Part shown: one piece after another, positions 18,930-26,716 of the stretch
Layout of the letters: each line of letters begins with the position of its first letter
Numbering within the stretch: position 1 is the stretch's first letter
Origin: Clostridia bacterium
GTDB lineage: Bacteria > Bacillota > Clostridia > Christensenellales > Borkfalkiaceae
Reading direction: 5' to 3'
NCBI GenBank assembly: GCA_017648525.1
Contig: JAGCIP010000042.1
Span: 1-28,378, forward strand
DNA length: 28,378 nucleotides
Notes under the pieces: generated by a model
What the model saw: the letters and a program-made list of their open reading frames with translations, nothing else
The model's database searches: none
Told to the model about the DNA's origin: nothing
Position numbers and translations under genes: made by a program

Positions 18930-19222
18930 AATTTTTCCCTCCAACTAGAATAGGCTCTTTTTCTTTCAGTAAATATTCTATCACAAAACGATAGGATTAT
19001 TTTTATAAAAAACTACTTAACAATTTGCACAAAAAGACACAAATTTAATTGCACCGTGCGCAGTTAATTAAAGTTCCACTTTGCGAATTTTTTATCGCCA
19101 TTTTACCTATATTTTAATAATAGCACTTCTCGTCTATAATTGTTACAATTTAAAATATTATACTGATTATAATGCGTTAGTTATAATTTATTTTATTGTG
19201 ATAACTTTAATCATTTTGCAAT

Positions 19223-19254
19223 AAAAAACCCTGCGATTATAACAATCGCAGGGT
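19223..19254 (-). terminator. Intrinsic terminator after the aspartokinase gene
   Basis: 11-bp stem ACCCTGCGATT/AATCGCAGGGT with a T-tract on the minus strand. Confidence 0.8.
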
Positions 19255-19274
19255 AAAATTATTTAGTTAAAGGC

Positions 19275-20585
19275 TTAGTTAAACGCATTGTAAATAGTAT
19301 TTATACATTTTTCGTAATCAGTATTTGCCACGCCTATGATAATGTTAAGTTCGCTTGAGCCTTGGTCTATCATTTTTATATTTATATTTGCCTTTGCAAG
19401 TGCGTTAAATAGCGTTGCCGCCGTTCCTGCACGTCTTGCCATACCGTGCCCAACGGTTGCTATTAAAGAAATATTTTCTATAACGTGAATAAAATCAGGT
19501 TTAACGTTTTCTCTAATTTCGTTTACCATATCGGTAAGCACGCCTTCTTGTAATTGATGGCTATCTATTACAACCGAAAGAGTATCAATGCCAGACGGTA
19601 AGTGTTCAACGCAAACCCCGTAATGTTCAACAACCGAAAGAACACGACGGATAAAACCAACTTCCGAGTTCATCATTGATTTTTCTATCAATAAAACGGT
19701 AAAGTCTTTCTTACCAGCAATACCCGTGATAATCGAGTCTGCCTTATACTGGTCGTTAGGAACAATCATAGTTCCCCTATCTTCGGGCTTAAAGGTGTTC
19801 TTTATGTTAATGGGAATTTTCTTTCTCATAACGGGAGCAATTGCCTCAGCGTGTAAAACCGACGCACCCATATAAGAAAGTTCACGCACTTCTTTATATG
19901 TAATTTGATTTATAACCTTGGGATTTTCAACTATTCTGGGGTCGCAAACTAAAAATCCGCTTACGTCCGTCCAGTTTTCGTATAAGTCAGCCTTTACGCC
20001 GTGTGCGATTATTGAACCGGTAATATCACTTCCACCACGAGAGAAAGTCATTATATCGCCTTGGAAATTCTTTCCGTAAAAACCGGGGATAACCGCTCTT
20101 TCAAGGTTTTCAAACTTGCTCGAAACCTTGTCGTCGGTATAATCAACGTTCAATTTTCCGTGACTATCAAATCTAATAATTTCAGATGCATCTACAAACT
20201 CATACCCTAAAAAAGCAGAAACGACGATTGCGCTTAAATATTCCCCACGAGATGCAGAAAAGTCCGCACTCTTTGCCTTGTTTATTTGTTCTTCTGTTTT
20301 ATCAAGAACGCTTTCAATATCGAGAGAAAGCCCTAAATCTTTAACTATTTCTATAAATCTTTCACGTATAATAGCAAAACTGTTTTTACAAGAACCTGTG
20401 CTAACCACTTCGTCGTAACAACGGTATAAAGTATCGGTAACTTTAATATCGTTTTTAAAACGCTTGCCCGGAGCGGAAACTACCACGTATCTTCTGCTTT
20501 CGTCTGCTTGAATAATGCTTTTAACTTGTCTAATTGCGTTAGCGTCTGCCATAGACGTTCCGCCGAATTTACAAACTTTTGTCAT
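19275..20585 (-). CDS. lysC: Aspartate kinase, clostridial type with C-terminal ACT domains
   Basis: KFGGTS, VVVSAPG, TFSRGGSDITG, WTDVSG and ELSYMGASVLH motifs. Its start overlaps the DUF1015 stop (ATGA). Confidence 0.92.
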   Translation of the reverse strand: MTKVCKFGGTSMADANAIRQVKSIIQADESRRYVVVSAPGKRFKNDIKVTDTLYRCYDEVVSTGSCKNSFAIIRERFIEIVKDLGLSLDIESVLDKTEEQINKAKSADFSASRGEYLSAIVVSAFLGYEFVDASEIIRFDSHGKLNVDYTDDKVSSKFENLERAVIPGFYGKNFQGDIMTFSRGGSDITGSIIAHGVKADLYENWTDVSGFLVCDPRIVENPKVINQITYKEVRELSYMGASVLHAEAIAPVMRKKIPINIKNTFKPEDRGTMIVPNDQYKADSIITGIAGKKDFTVLLIEKSMMNSEVGFIRRVLSVVEHYGVCVEHLPSGIDTLSVVIDSHQLQEGVLTDMVNEIRENVKPDFIHVIENISLIATVGHGMARRAGTAATLFNALAKANINIKMIDQGSSELNIIIGVANTDYEKCINTIYNAFN

Positions 20586-21811
20586 TTTGTTATTCTTCTC
20601 CCTTCTAAATAATAGCGTTTCTCAACCCCTTCCCCCATTGAAAAGGTCTTTCTCGGGAATGCGCCGTTAGCCGACACGTACTTGAATAAGTCTGACTTGT
20701 CTAACTTTTCAAAAAGCACGCCAACTGCGTCGTCCCTATCGTCAACCAACTTCTTTATATTACTTTCGCCGTGAACGTAATCTACCGTTCCACCGTTTTT
20801 CTCTAAATATTCTTTAATATAAGCGTCAACCGCACGTATTCCGTCGGGTAAACCGTTCTTTCCGTTAAACTTTTCTTCTTTTCCGCAAGTATAAATGCCC
20901 ATATTCCCGCCGTCAACCTTGCTTAAACCGCTAGCAAATTCGATTGTATTTACCCCGTAAACGTATCTATAAATAGGCTCAAAATAAATACCGTCGTCGT
21001 AAATATTGTTAAATTCTACTAGCGCATATCTTGCGGGGTGGTTTTCTATTTGGTCGTGCGGTAAGGTTTTCTTTAAGTTATTCCAATGCGTTTTAGCAGT
21101 AGCAAGCGAGTGGTTTCCATCGCCCACGGCAAAAAGGAATTTATCTTCCCTGCCGTATTTTGCTATAAGCCTATCCGCATCTAAAAGGTTTTCAAATTTG
21201 CTTAAAACCAAATCAACGTCGTCAATATAATAACCTTCTATACTTCCACCGCCCATATTGAGAGGAAAGTCATAAATTTTTTCGTACTTGTCTCTATTAG
21301 CGTAAAGTTGCTCGTTTATTTGCTTTTTCTCGTCATCAAACAAAACCATAACGTGCGGAAACTCAACGTCCGCACTCTTTCTAATTTTTAAGCGGGGTGG
21401 TATTCTTTCTTCTATCGTACCTTCTGTCGCACGAACGAGCGACGAACTCTTTGCAGAATATTCGTATTTTTCAAGGTCAACCGCACCAACTAAACCTATA
21501 CGGCGTTCTACGTACGGAGTTTTTCTTACAGTAAGAATAAAGCCCTTTCCATAAGTTTTAAAAATTTTATCGGTTATGTATTTTTTGATGTTTTGGTTTA
21601 TCTTTTCTATACGGGCGTCTTCGCTTCCGTCAAGATAAATCTCGGGCAAAACTAAATCTAAAGTAGTAGGCTTTCCGCTAACGAAATTTTCAACTTCCGT
21701 CCAGTAATCTCTTTCACTAGTAAACTGGTCGCAAGCGATACAAGCCCACGCCGACATATCTTTTACGTCTGGCAATAATATTTGGTCTGCAACTATTGCT
21801 ATCTCTTTCAT
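20582..21811 (-). CDS. DUF1015 family protein
   Basis: WACIACDQFTS, VDLEKY, RATEGT, RIPPR, GDGNHSLATAK and PRKTFSMG blocks recognised from the family. Confidence 0.85.
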   Translation of the reverse strand: MKEIAIVADQILLPDVKDMSAWACIACDQFTSERDYWTEVENFVSGKPTTLDLVLPEIYLDGSEDARIEKINQNIKKYITDKIFKTYGKGFILTVRKTPYVERRIGLVGAVDLEKYEYSAKSSSLVRATEGTIEERIPPRLKIRKSADVEFPHVMVLFDDEKKQINEQLYANRDKYEKIYDFPLNMGGGSIEGYYIDDVDLVLSKFENLLDADRLIAKYGREDKFLFAVGDGNHSLATAKTHWNNLKKTLPHDQIENHPARYALVEFNNIYDDGIYFEPIYRYVYGVNTIEFASGLSKVDGGNMGIYTCGKEEKFNGKNGLPDGIRAVDAYIKEYLEKNGGTVDYVHGESNIKKLVDDRDDAVGVLFEKLDKSDLFKYVSANGAFPRKTFSMGEGVEKRYYLEGRRITK

Positions 21812-21830
21812 AAAAAGTCCTTCTAGAATA

Positions 21831-21974
21831 TTATTTATTTAAGTTTATAACTAACACGGTAAGCAATGCCAAGCAAAGCGCAATTGCAACGTATCCAACG
21901 TGTTTCCAAAAAGTTTTAGCCTTACTTTTTCCATCACGGTAGTCTTGATTATTAGAAAAATTCTTATCGTTCAT
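21831..21974 (-). CDS. 47-aa single-pass membrane protein of unknown function
   Basis: ATG at 21974 with RBS AAGGAG (21981-21986) overlapping the cdaA stop. Sequence MNDKNFSNNQDYRDGKSKAKTFWKHVGYVAIALCLALLTVLVINLNK fills the gap exactly. Confidence 0.8.
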   Translation of the reverse strand: MNDKNFSNNQDYRDGKSKAKTFWKHVGYVAIALCLALLTVLVINLNK

Positions 21975-21984
21975 AACGCTCTCC

Positions 21985-22821
21985 TTATTTTCTAGCACTT
22001 TCAAGTTCTTGCCAATAATAGTTTGCAAGAACACGTTTAAGCGCTTCAGTATCGGCGTATCTGGTAATCTTACCCGCACGTGCGATTGAGATGATACCCG
22101 TTTCTTCAGAAACGATTAAAGACATAACGTCAATAGTTTCAGTAACACCTATGCCCGCTCTATGGCGAGTTCCCAAATCTTTCGGTATATTATCAACGTT
22201 TTGTGAAAGGGGTAAAAAACAACCCGCTGACACGATTTTAGTTCCGTTAATTATCATTGCACCGTCGTGCAAGGGAGTTTTAGGAAAGAACACGCTTTCT
22301 ATCAATTCACTTGATATATCACAGTCTAATTTTACGCCACTATCTAAAATTTGCGACGGAACGTTTCCCGTTGATAAAACAACGATAGCACCCACGTCGT
22401 TTTTAGACATATTTTGTAACGCTCTAATAATTTCCGATATGCATTTTTGTATGCGTTCTTCGTCGTAAGAAACACCGTCACCGTGCTTTAAGTCTGCAAG
22501 TTTTGCGTTCTTATGCGTCCAAATAATACGCTTTATTTCCATTGAGTATAAAACCAAAATGGCAATAATAAATACTGCGGGAATAATTAAATAGATAGCG
22601 CTATTTATCTTTTCTCCAGCAAATGAAAGAATTGCCGCTCCTATAATCATAGAAAAGCAGAAAAGCATAACCATAGAGCCTGAATTATTATCGAATAAGA
22701 ATTTTACCATATAGTAATACATAACGGTAAAAACCACAACGCTAACCACTAGCGCAATAATCATTTCGGGTGAAGATAACATACTATTCCAAACCCTAGA
22801 AATTCTCTCTACCAGATTCAT
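21985..22821 (-). CDS. cdaA: Membrane-bound diadenylate cyclase (c-di-AMP synthase)
   Basis: N-terminal hydrophobic helices, then the DisA_N domain with intact LHDGA and GTRHRA motifs and VSEETG. Confidence 0.93.
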   Translation of the reverse strand: MNLVERISRVWNSMLSSPEMIIALVVSVVVFTVMYYYMVKFLFDNNSGSMVMLFCFSMIIGAAILSFAGEKINSAIYLIIPAVFIIAILVLYSMEIKRIIWTHKNAKLADLKHGDGVSYDEERIQKCISEIIRALQNMSKNDVGAIVVLSTGNVPSQILDSGVKLDCDISSELIESVFFPKTPLHDGAMIINGTKIVSAGCFLPLSQNVDNIPKDLGTRHRAGIGVTETIDVMSLIVSEETGIISIARAGKITRYADTEALKRVLANYYWQELESARK

Positions 22822-22835
22822 ATTAATCTCCTTTA

Positions 22836-23804
22836 CTAATCAGTCATAATCTTAAACACGGTTAGCCACATCATTGCGTCAGTCTCGTTTTTACCGCTTT
22901 TAACACGAAAATCCGCATCAGTAAGTGCATCCACCGCACTTTTTAGCGCACGCTTTTTGAATTTTGATGCTTGTTGCATTACTTTTTTTGTGGGGTATTC
23001 CCCCATGCCCAAAGCACTAGAAAGTTCTTTAAGTTCAAGACCGCTAATCGATGCGTGCAATAATTTACGAAAATAATTATACACCGAAACGATTATCATC
23101 TGCGAAGACTCTCCCTTGCCTAACATATCGTTAATTACGGCAAGTGCTTTATCAAAACGCTTGTTTGCAATAAAGTCGGTCATTTCGTAAATTTTATGTT
23201 CTTGGTCCCTAGAAACCATTTGTTCAACGTCTTGACTTGTAATAGTCGCATTCTCGCCAACGTAAAAACAAAGTTTTGTGGTTTCGTTTTCAACTCTAGT
23301 CATATCTAACGAACAGTAATCGGCAAGCATTTTTGCCGTTTCCGCTTGAATATCGACTAGGTTTTTATTACACTCCGCTTTTATCCACTTAACTAAAAGT
23401 GAAACGTCCGCCTTGCTACAATCCACCACGCACACCGAGTCAAACTTCTTTAACGACTCGCTTGGTTTTTCGTTTAGTATAACTAATAAACTGCAATCTG
23501 ACGGATTTTCAAGGTAATCCTTAAAACCGTTTTTGAAAAAATCTTGTTTAGGGTAAAACTCTCTTATTACGGTTATGCGCTTACGGCTCATAAACGGATA
23601 GCCGTTAAGAGAAGTAACTAGCCCATCAACCGTGCAATCGGGGTTTAGCACCACCAAGTTTAATTCCGGCTCTGAAAGATATTCGTTTTTTAGCAAAGCA
23701 AGACCACGTTCTCTAAAAAACGCATCTTCACCTTCAAACAAATATACGGGGAACTCTTTTCCGCTCCCCAACGACGATTTAAATTCGGTATACTTCAAAG
23801 CCAT
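22836..23804 (-). CDS. holA: DNA polymerase III delta subunit
   Basis: VYLFEGEDAFF N-terminus, C-terminal DFRVKSG helix, and comEC-holA synteny. Start placed at ATG 23804 behind GGGAG. Confidence 0.88.
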   Translation of the reverse strand: MALKYTEFKSSLGSGKEFPVYLFEGEDAFFRERGLALLKNEYLSEPELNLVVLNPDCTVDGLVTSLNGYPFMSRKRITVIREFYPKQDFFKNGFKDYLENPSDCSLLVILNEKPSESLKKFDSVCVVDCSKADVSLLVKWIKAECNKNLVDIQAETAKMLADYCSLDMTRVENETTKLCFYVGENATITSQDVEQMVSRDQEHKIYEMTDFIANKRFDKALAVINDMLGKGESSQMIIVSVYNYFRKLLHASISGLELKELSSALGMGEYPTKKVMQQASKFKKRALKSAVDALTDADFRVKSGKNETDAMMWLTVFKIMTD

Positions 23805-23891
23805 ACTCCCACGCATATATTTTAGCATTTTTTATTTTCTTTTGCAACGATATTCGTTTTGTTTTTGGTTATTTATTGCCTATATTATTAA

Positions 23892-26027
23892 TTATTTAAA
23901 CTTATAGACCAAATTGCCCGTACTCTCTGCGTCCGTATAAACTGCGGAACTTAAATAAGAAATTGCGGTTTTTGGGCTAAGTTTTGCAAAAACACGCTCG
24001 TGCAAATAACCGCAAACAACCATATCGTATTTGTCCAAGCCGTCTAACGGTTTAGCGTTGTCTATTCTAGAAAAAACGGCAAGATTAACCGTTGATAATT
24101 TGCACCCTACAACTCTGCCGTCCAAAGCGTAAGCACAATCAAAGGAAATATTCGGCAAAACGCCATCGTTTTTAATCGCAAAAACTTTTAGATTTGGGAA
24201 AGATTTATTGACGGCTGTTTCTTGATTTAATTTTTGTTCTCCATAATAAAATATTCTATCCAAGGTGAACGCCGTGCGTAATTTAGTCAAGAAAACTTGC
24301 AAGTCCACACCATAACCGTTCATAATTATAACGTTATTTAAATGAGTAACCCCACTTGAATTAAGGCGCTTTAATCTGCCGACTGAATAAACGTAATTCA
24401 CGTCGCTGACAATAAGCGTAGCGTCTTTTTCGGTTTTTATAACGGTTGCGCATACGTTTTCCGTACCGCAAACGTAAACTTTGGTCAAACGGTTTTCATA
24501 AATATTAAGCCCAAGCGTCCCCACAACTGTTATAACTGCGCATACGACTATGCTAATCGACTTATAAACACGGTTAAGGTTGATTATTCCGCTTGATATT
24601 AAAGCGCAAAGATAATAAGTAAGCGCAAATCCGCCCATTACCACCCCACCGACTATAAAAGCGGAATAGTCAAATGCGTTTATACAGGCGTTCACTACCA
24701 TTAAAAGGTAGTTCATAGGAAACAAAAGAATATAGGAAATTGAAAATATACCGCCAACTATCGTTAAAACCATAAGCGTTATGAACAAAACCGAAACGAA
24801 CGGTATGAAAATTAAGTTTACGGCAACCGAAATTAAAGAAAAATATCCAAATGCCGAAAGACTTATAGGTATTGCCGATAATTGAGCCGACAACACCGTG
24901 CCGAGTGCTGTTGATAACTTTGCGGGCAAAAATTTGAATAATTTAGCGATAGGTTGTGCGAGCAAAAGAACACCTAAAACCACCACGAAAGACAGTTGAA
25001 ATCCCACGTAAAATAATTGCAATGGATTAAATAAAAGTATTATTACCGCAGATGCCGAAATGGAAGACAAACCGTCGTATCGCCTACCTTTTATTGCGGT
25101 TAAAAGACCAACCGTCACCATTATCGTAGCACGGATAGAAGATGCGGAAAACCCGCACACGCCCGAATAGAACAAAAGCAAGGGGAAAATTACCAAAACT
25201 CTTGCTACCCTGCCCACTCTTAGCTTAGTTAAAAGCCAACCGAACGCTACTGCAAGAAAGCCTATATGCAAGCCGGAAACTGCAAATATATGCGCAACGC
25301 CCGCCATACGATAGGATTCAAGCGTTTCTTGTTCAATAAATTCCGAGTGCCCCGTTAAAAGTGCGTACGCCAAGCCGAACTGGTCGCCAGTAAGCCCTTG
25401 CGATAAAGATTCCCTTAAGAATATGTTTGCCTTTTGGAATATAGACGGCGAAATTTCAAGCGTTTGTATTTGACTTGCAGATAAACTTGCGGTATATTTA
25501 ACCTTTCTTAAAAGGTTATAAGAAGAAAGCCTACCTTCGTAAATAGAGTGGTTGTCGGTAAATTTAGTGGTAAATTTTAGTTTGTATCCCAAATCAAAAT
25601 CAGCACCGTCAAAAACGTATAAATATGCATTGTATTTTAGTTTTGCACGAATATTGCCGTCCACGGTTAAGTCTTCTAATAACAGTCTTACACCGCTTTC
25701 AGTTTCCATAACTTCTTTTACGCTACCCGTAACTTCATAAGTATGACCGTCAAGGTCGGCATTTTCAAAATTACGTACGGAAAAGTTAAAATTAGCACCA
25801 GAAAACGCAAATACTACTATGAATATTAAGGAAAATATCAGTTTGGTTTTAAGTGCGTCTCCGTTTTTATACGGCAAAAAATAAAAGGCGAGCGCACCTG
25901 CGAATAATAACGCAAACACTACTCCCCAAAAAATTAGAGAAAAAGTGAAAAAATAAGCCGTCGTAATACCTAAACACACGCTTAATGCAACCGCTAACGG
26001 AAATCTTAAATTGACAAATCTTTCCAT
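23892..26027 (-). CDS. comEC: ComEC/Rec2 DNA-uptake channel protein
   Basis: Competence-domain motifs GVAHIFAVSGLHIG, SSIRATIM and GFQLSF; N-terminal OB-like region; upstream of holA. Confidence 0.92.
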   Translation of the reverse strand: MERFVNLRFPLAVALSVCLGITTAYFFTFSLIFWGVVFALLFAGALAFYFLPYKNGDALKTKLIFSLIFIVVFAFSGANFNFSVRNFENADLDGHTYEVTGSVKEVMETESGVRLLLEDLTVDGNIRAKLKYNAYLYVFDGADFDLGYKLKFTTKFTDNHSIYEGRLSSYNLLRKVKYTASLSASQIQTLEISPSIFQKANIFLRESLSQGLTGDQFGLAYALLTGHSEFIEQETLESYRMAGVAHIFAVSGLHIGFLAVAFGWLLTKLRVGRVARVLVIFPLLLFYSGVCGFSASSIRATIMVTVGLLTAIKGRRYDGLSSISASAVIILLFNPLQLFYVGFQLSFVVVLGVLLLAQPIAKLFKFLPAKLSTALGTVLSAQLSAIPISLSAFGYFSLISVAVNLIFIPFVSVLFITLMVLTIVGGIFSISYILLFPMNYLLMVVNACINAFDYSAFIVGGVVMGGFALTYYLCALISSGIINLNRVYKSISIVVCAVITVVGTLGLNIYENRLTKVYVCGTENVCATVIKTEKDATLIVSDVNYVYSVGRLKRLNSSGVTHLNNVIIMNGYGVDLQVFLTKLRTAFTLDRIFYYGEQKLNQETAVNKSFPNLKVFAIKNDGVLPNISFDCAYALDGRVVGCKLSTVNLAVFSRIDNAKPLDGLDKYDMVVCGYLHERVFAKLSPKTAISYLSSAVYTDAESTGNLVYKFK

Positions 26028-26058
26028 AAATTACCACTTTTTTCTTTCGTTAAAATAA

Positions 26059-26087
26059 ATTTTAAGATAAAGGCGCAAAAAAGTCAA
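26059..26087 (-). promoter_or_regulatory. Sigma-A promoter for the comEC-holA-cdaA run
   Basis: TTGACT, 17 nt spacer, TAAAAT. Confidence 0.65.
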
Positions 26088-26095
26088 TCTATTCG

Positions 26096-26124
26096 TTGCA
26101 ATATCCATAAGTTTTTGCTACAAT
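26096..26124 (+). promoter_or_regulatory. Sigma-A promoter for the putative 6S RNA
   Basis: TTGCAA, 17 nt spacer, TACAAT with extended TGn; start predicted near 26131. Confidence 0.7.
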
Positions 26125-26130
26125 AAAGTT

Positions 26131-26330
26131 AGCCTTCATGGTGCGATAGAGAAAGTTAAAAAGAATCCACATTATAATTAAAAGAAGACCGTTCGTCATT
26201 ATTGAATAGCGGTGCTCTTGACCGTCGTTATTTCCGGTCGTGAATAAAGAGATGCAGACGCAATAAGCACGGTTTTCGCCTGTTAACAAAACGGGTTATT
26301 ATTTTGCTTTCTCGTCGGCCGATGCAGGTC
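26131..26330 (+). ncRNA. ssrS: Probable 6S RNA, a rod-shaped ncRNA of about 200 nt
   Basis: 5' CCTTCATGGTGCGATAGAGAAAGTTAAAA pairs with 3' TTTTGCTTTCTCGTCGGCCGATGCAGG. There is a central A-rich bubble and nested apical pairs ACCGT/ACGGT, TTATTG/CAATAA, CTCTT/AAGAG and GACCG/CGGTC. It has its own promoter and no credible ORF. Confidence 0.68.
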
Positions 26331-26355
26331 AATTTTAAAAAACCCTCTCAATTAG

Positions 26356-26384
26356 TTGCAAAACGCAAATGATTGTGCTAAAAT
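26356..26384 (+). promoter_or_regulatory. Sigma-A promoter for tRNA-Glu
   Basis: TTGCAA, 17 nt spacer, TAAAAT with extended TGn. Confidence 0.7.
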
Positions 26385-26438
26385 AATGCGTGTGTCAAAC
26401 GTAGCATAAAATGCTTTGAGCGTAGTTTGCTCTGACGT

Positions 26439-26513
26439 GCCCTCATGGTCAAGCGGTTAAGACGCCGCCCTCTCACGGCGGAATCAGGAGTTCGATTCTC
26501 CTTGGGGGTGCCA
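26439..26513 (+). tRNA. tRNA-Glu (anticodon CTC), encoded CCA
   Basis: GCCCTCA acceptor, GGTCAAGCGGTTAAGAC D-arm, CCGCC-CTCTCAC-GGCGG anticodon arm, AGGAG-TTCGATT-CTCCT T-arm. Confidence 0.96.
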
Positions 26514-26516
26514 AAC

Positions 26517-26549
26517 AAAAAAAGATAGTCTTTTTGACTGTCTTTTTTT
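26517..26549 (+). terminator. Intrinsic terminator after tRNA-Glu
   Basis: AAAAAAAGATAGTC-TTTTT-GACTGTCTTTTTTT. Confidence 0.8.
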
Positions 26550-26716
26550 GTTTCAACTCTCGGCTGGATAATCAACTTTAGTTCGGACGCCTTTGATGGA
26601 CAATAAACGATATCCTAAAAACCTTATTTTACGAAAATCTTTCGTTGTTATTCGTTTTGTGTTGGTTTATATATTGTGTTACAATATATGCGTTAAAATT
26701 TTAGGAGAATGATTTT

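Noticed and set aside
18930-18944. MEGKI N-terminal extension of the malic enzyme
   Set aside because: The TTG start overlaps the GGAGG RBS that serves ATG 18929.
20586-20640. Lysine riboswitch for the aspartokinase gene
   Set aside because: lysC overlaps the DUF1015 stop codon, so there is no leader.
21975-22079. N-terminal 35 aa of the 82-aa ORF in the track
   Set aside because: It overlaps cdaA in another frame. The RBS supports ATG 21974.
26089-26289. 66-aa minus-strand ORF
   Set aside because: It has no RBS, is antisense to the structured 6S-like RNA and runs through two promoters.
26378-26575. 65-aa minus-strand ORF
   Set aside because: It is the antisense reading of tRNA-Glu and its terminator.
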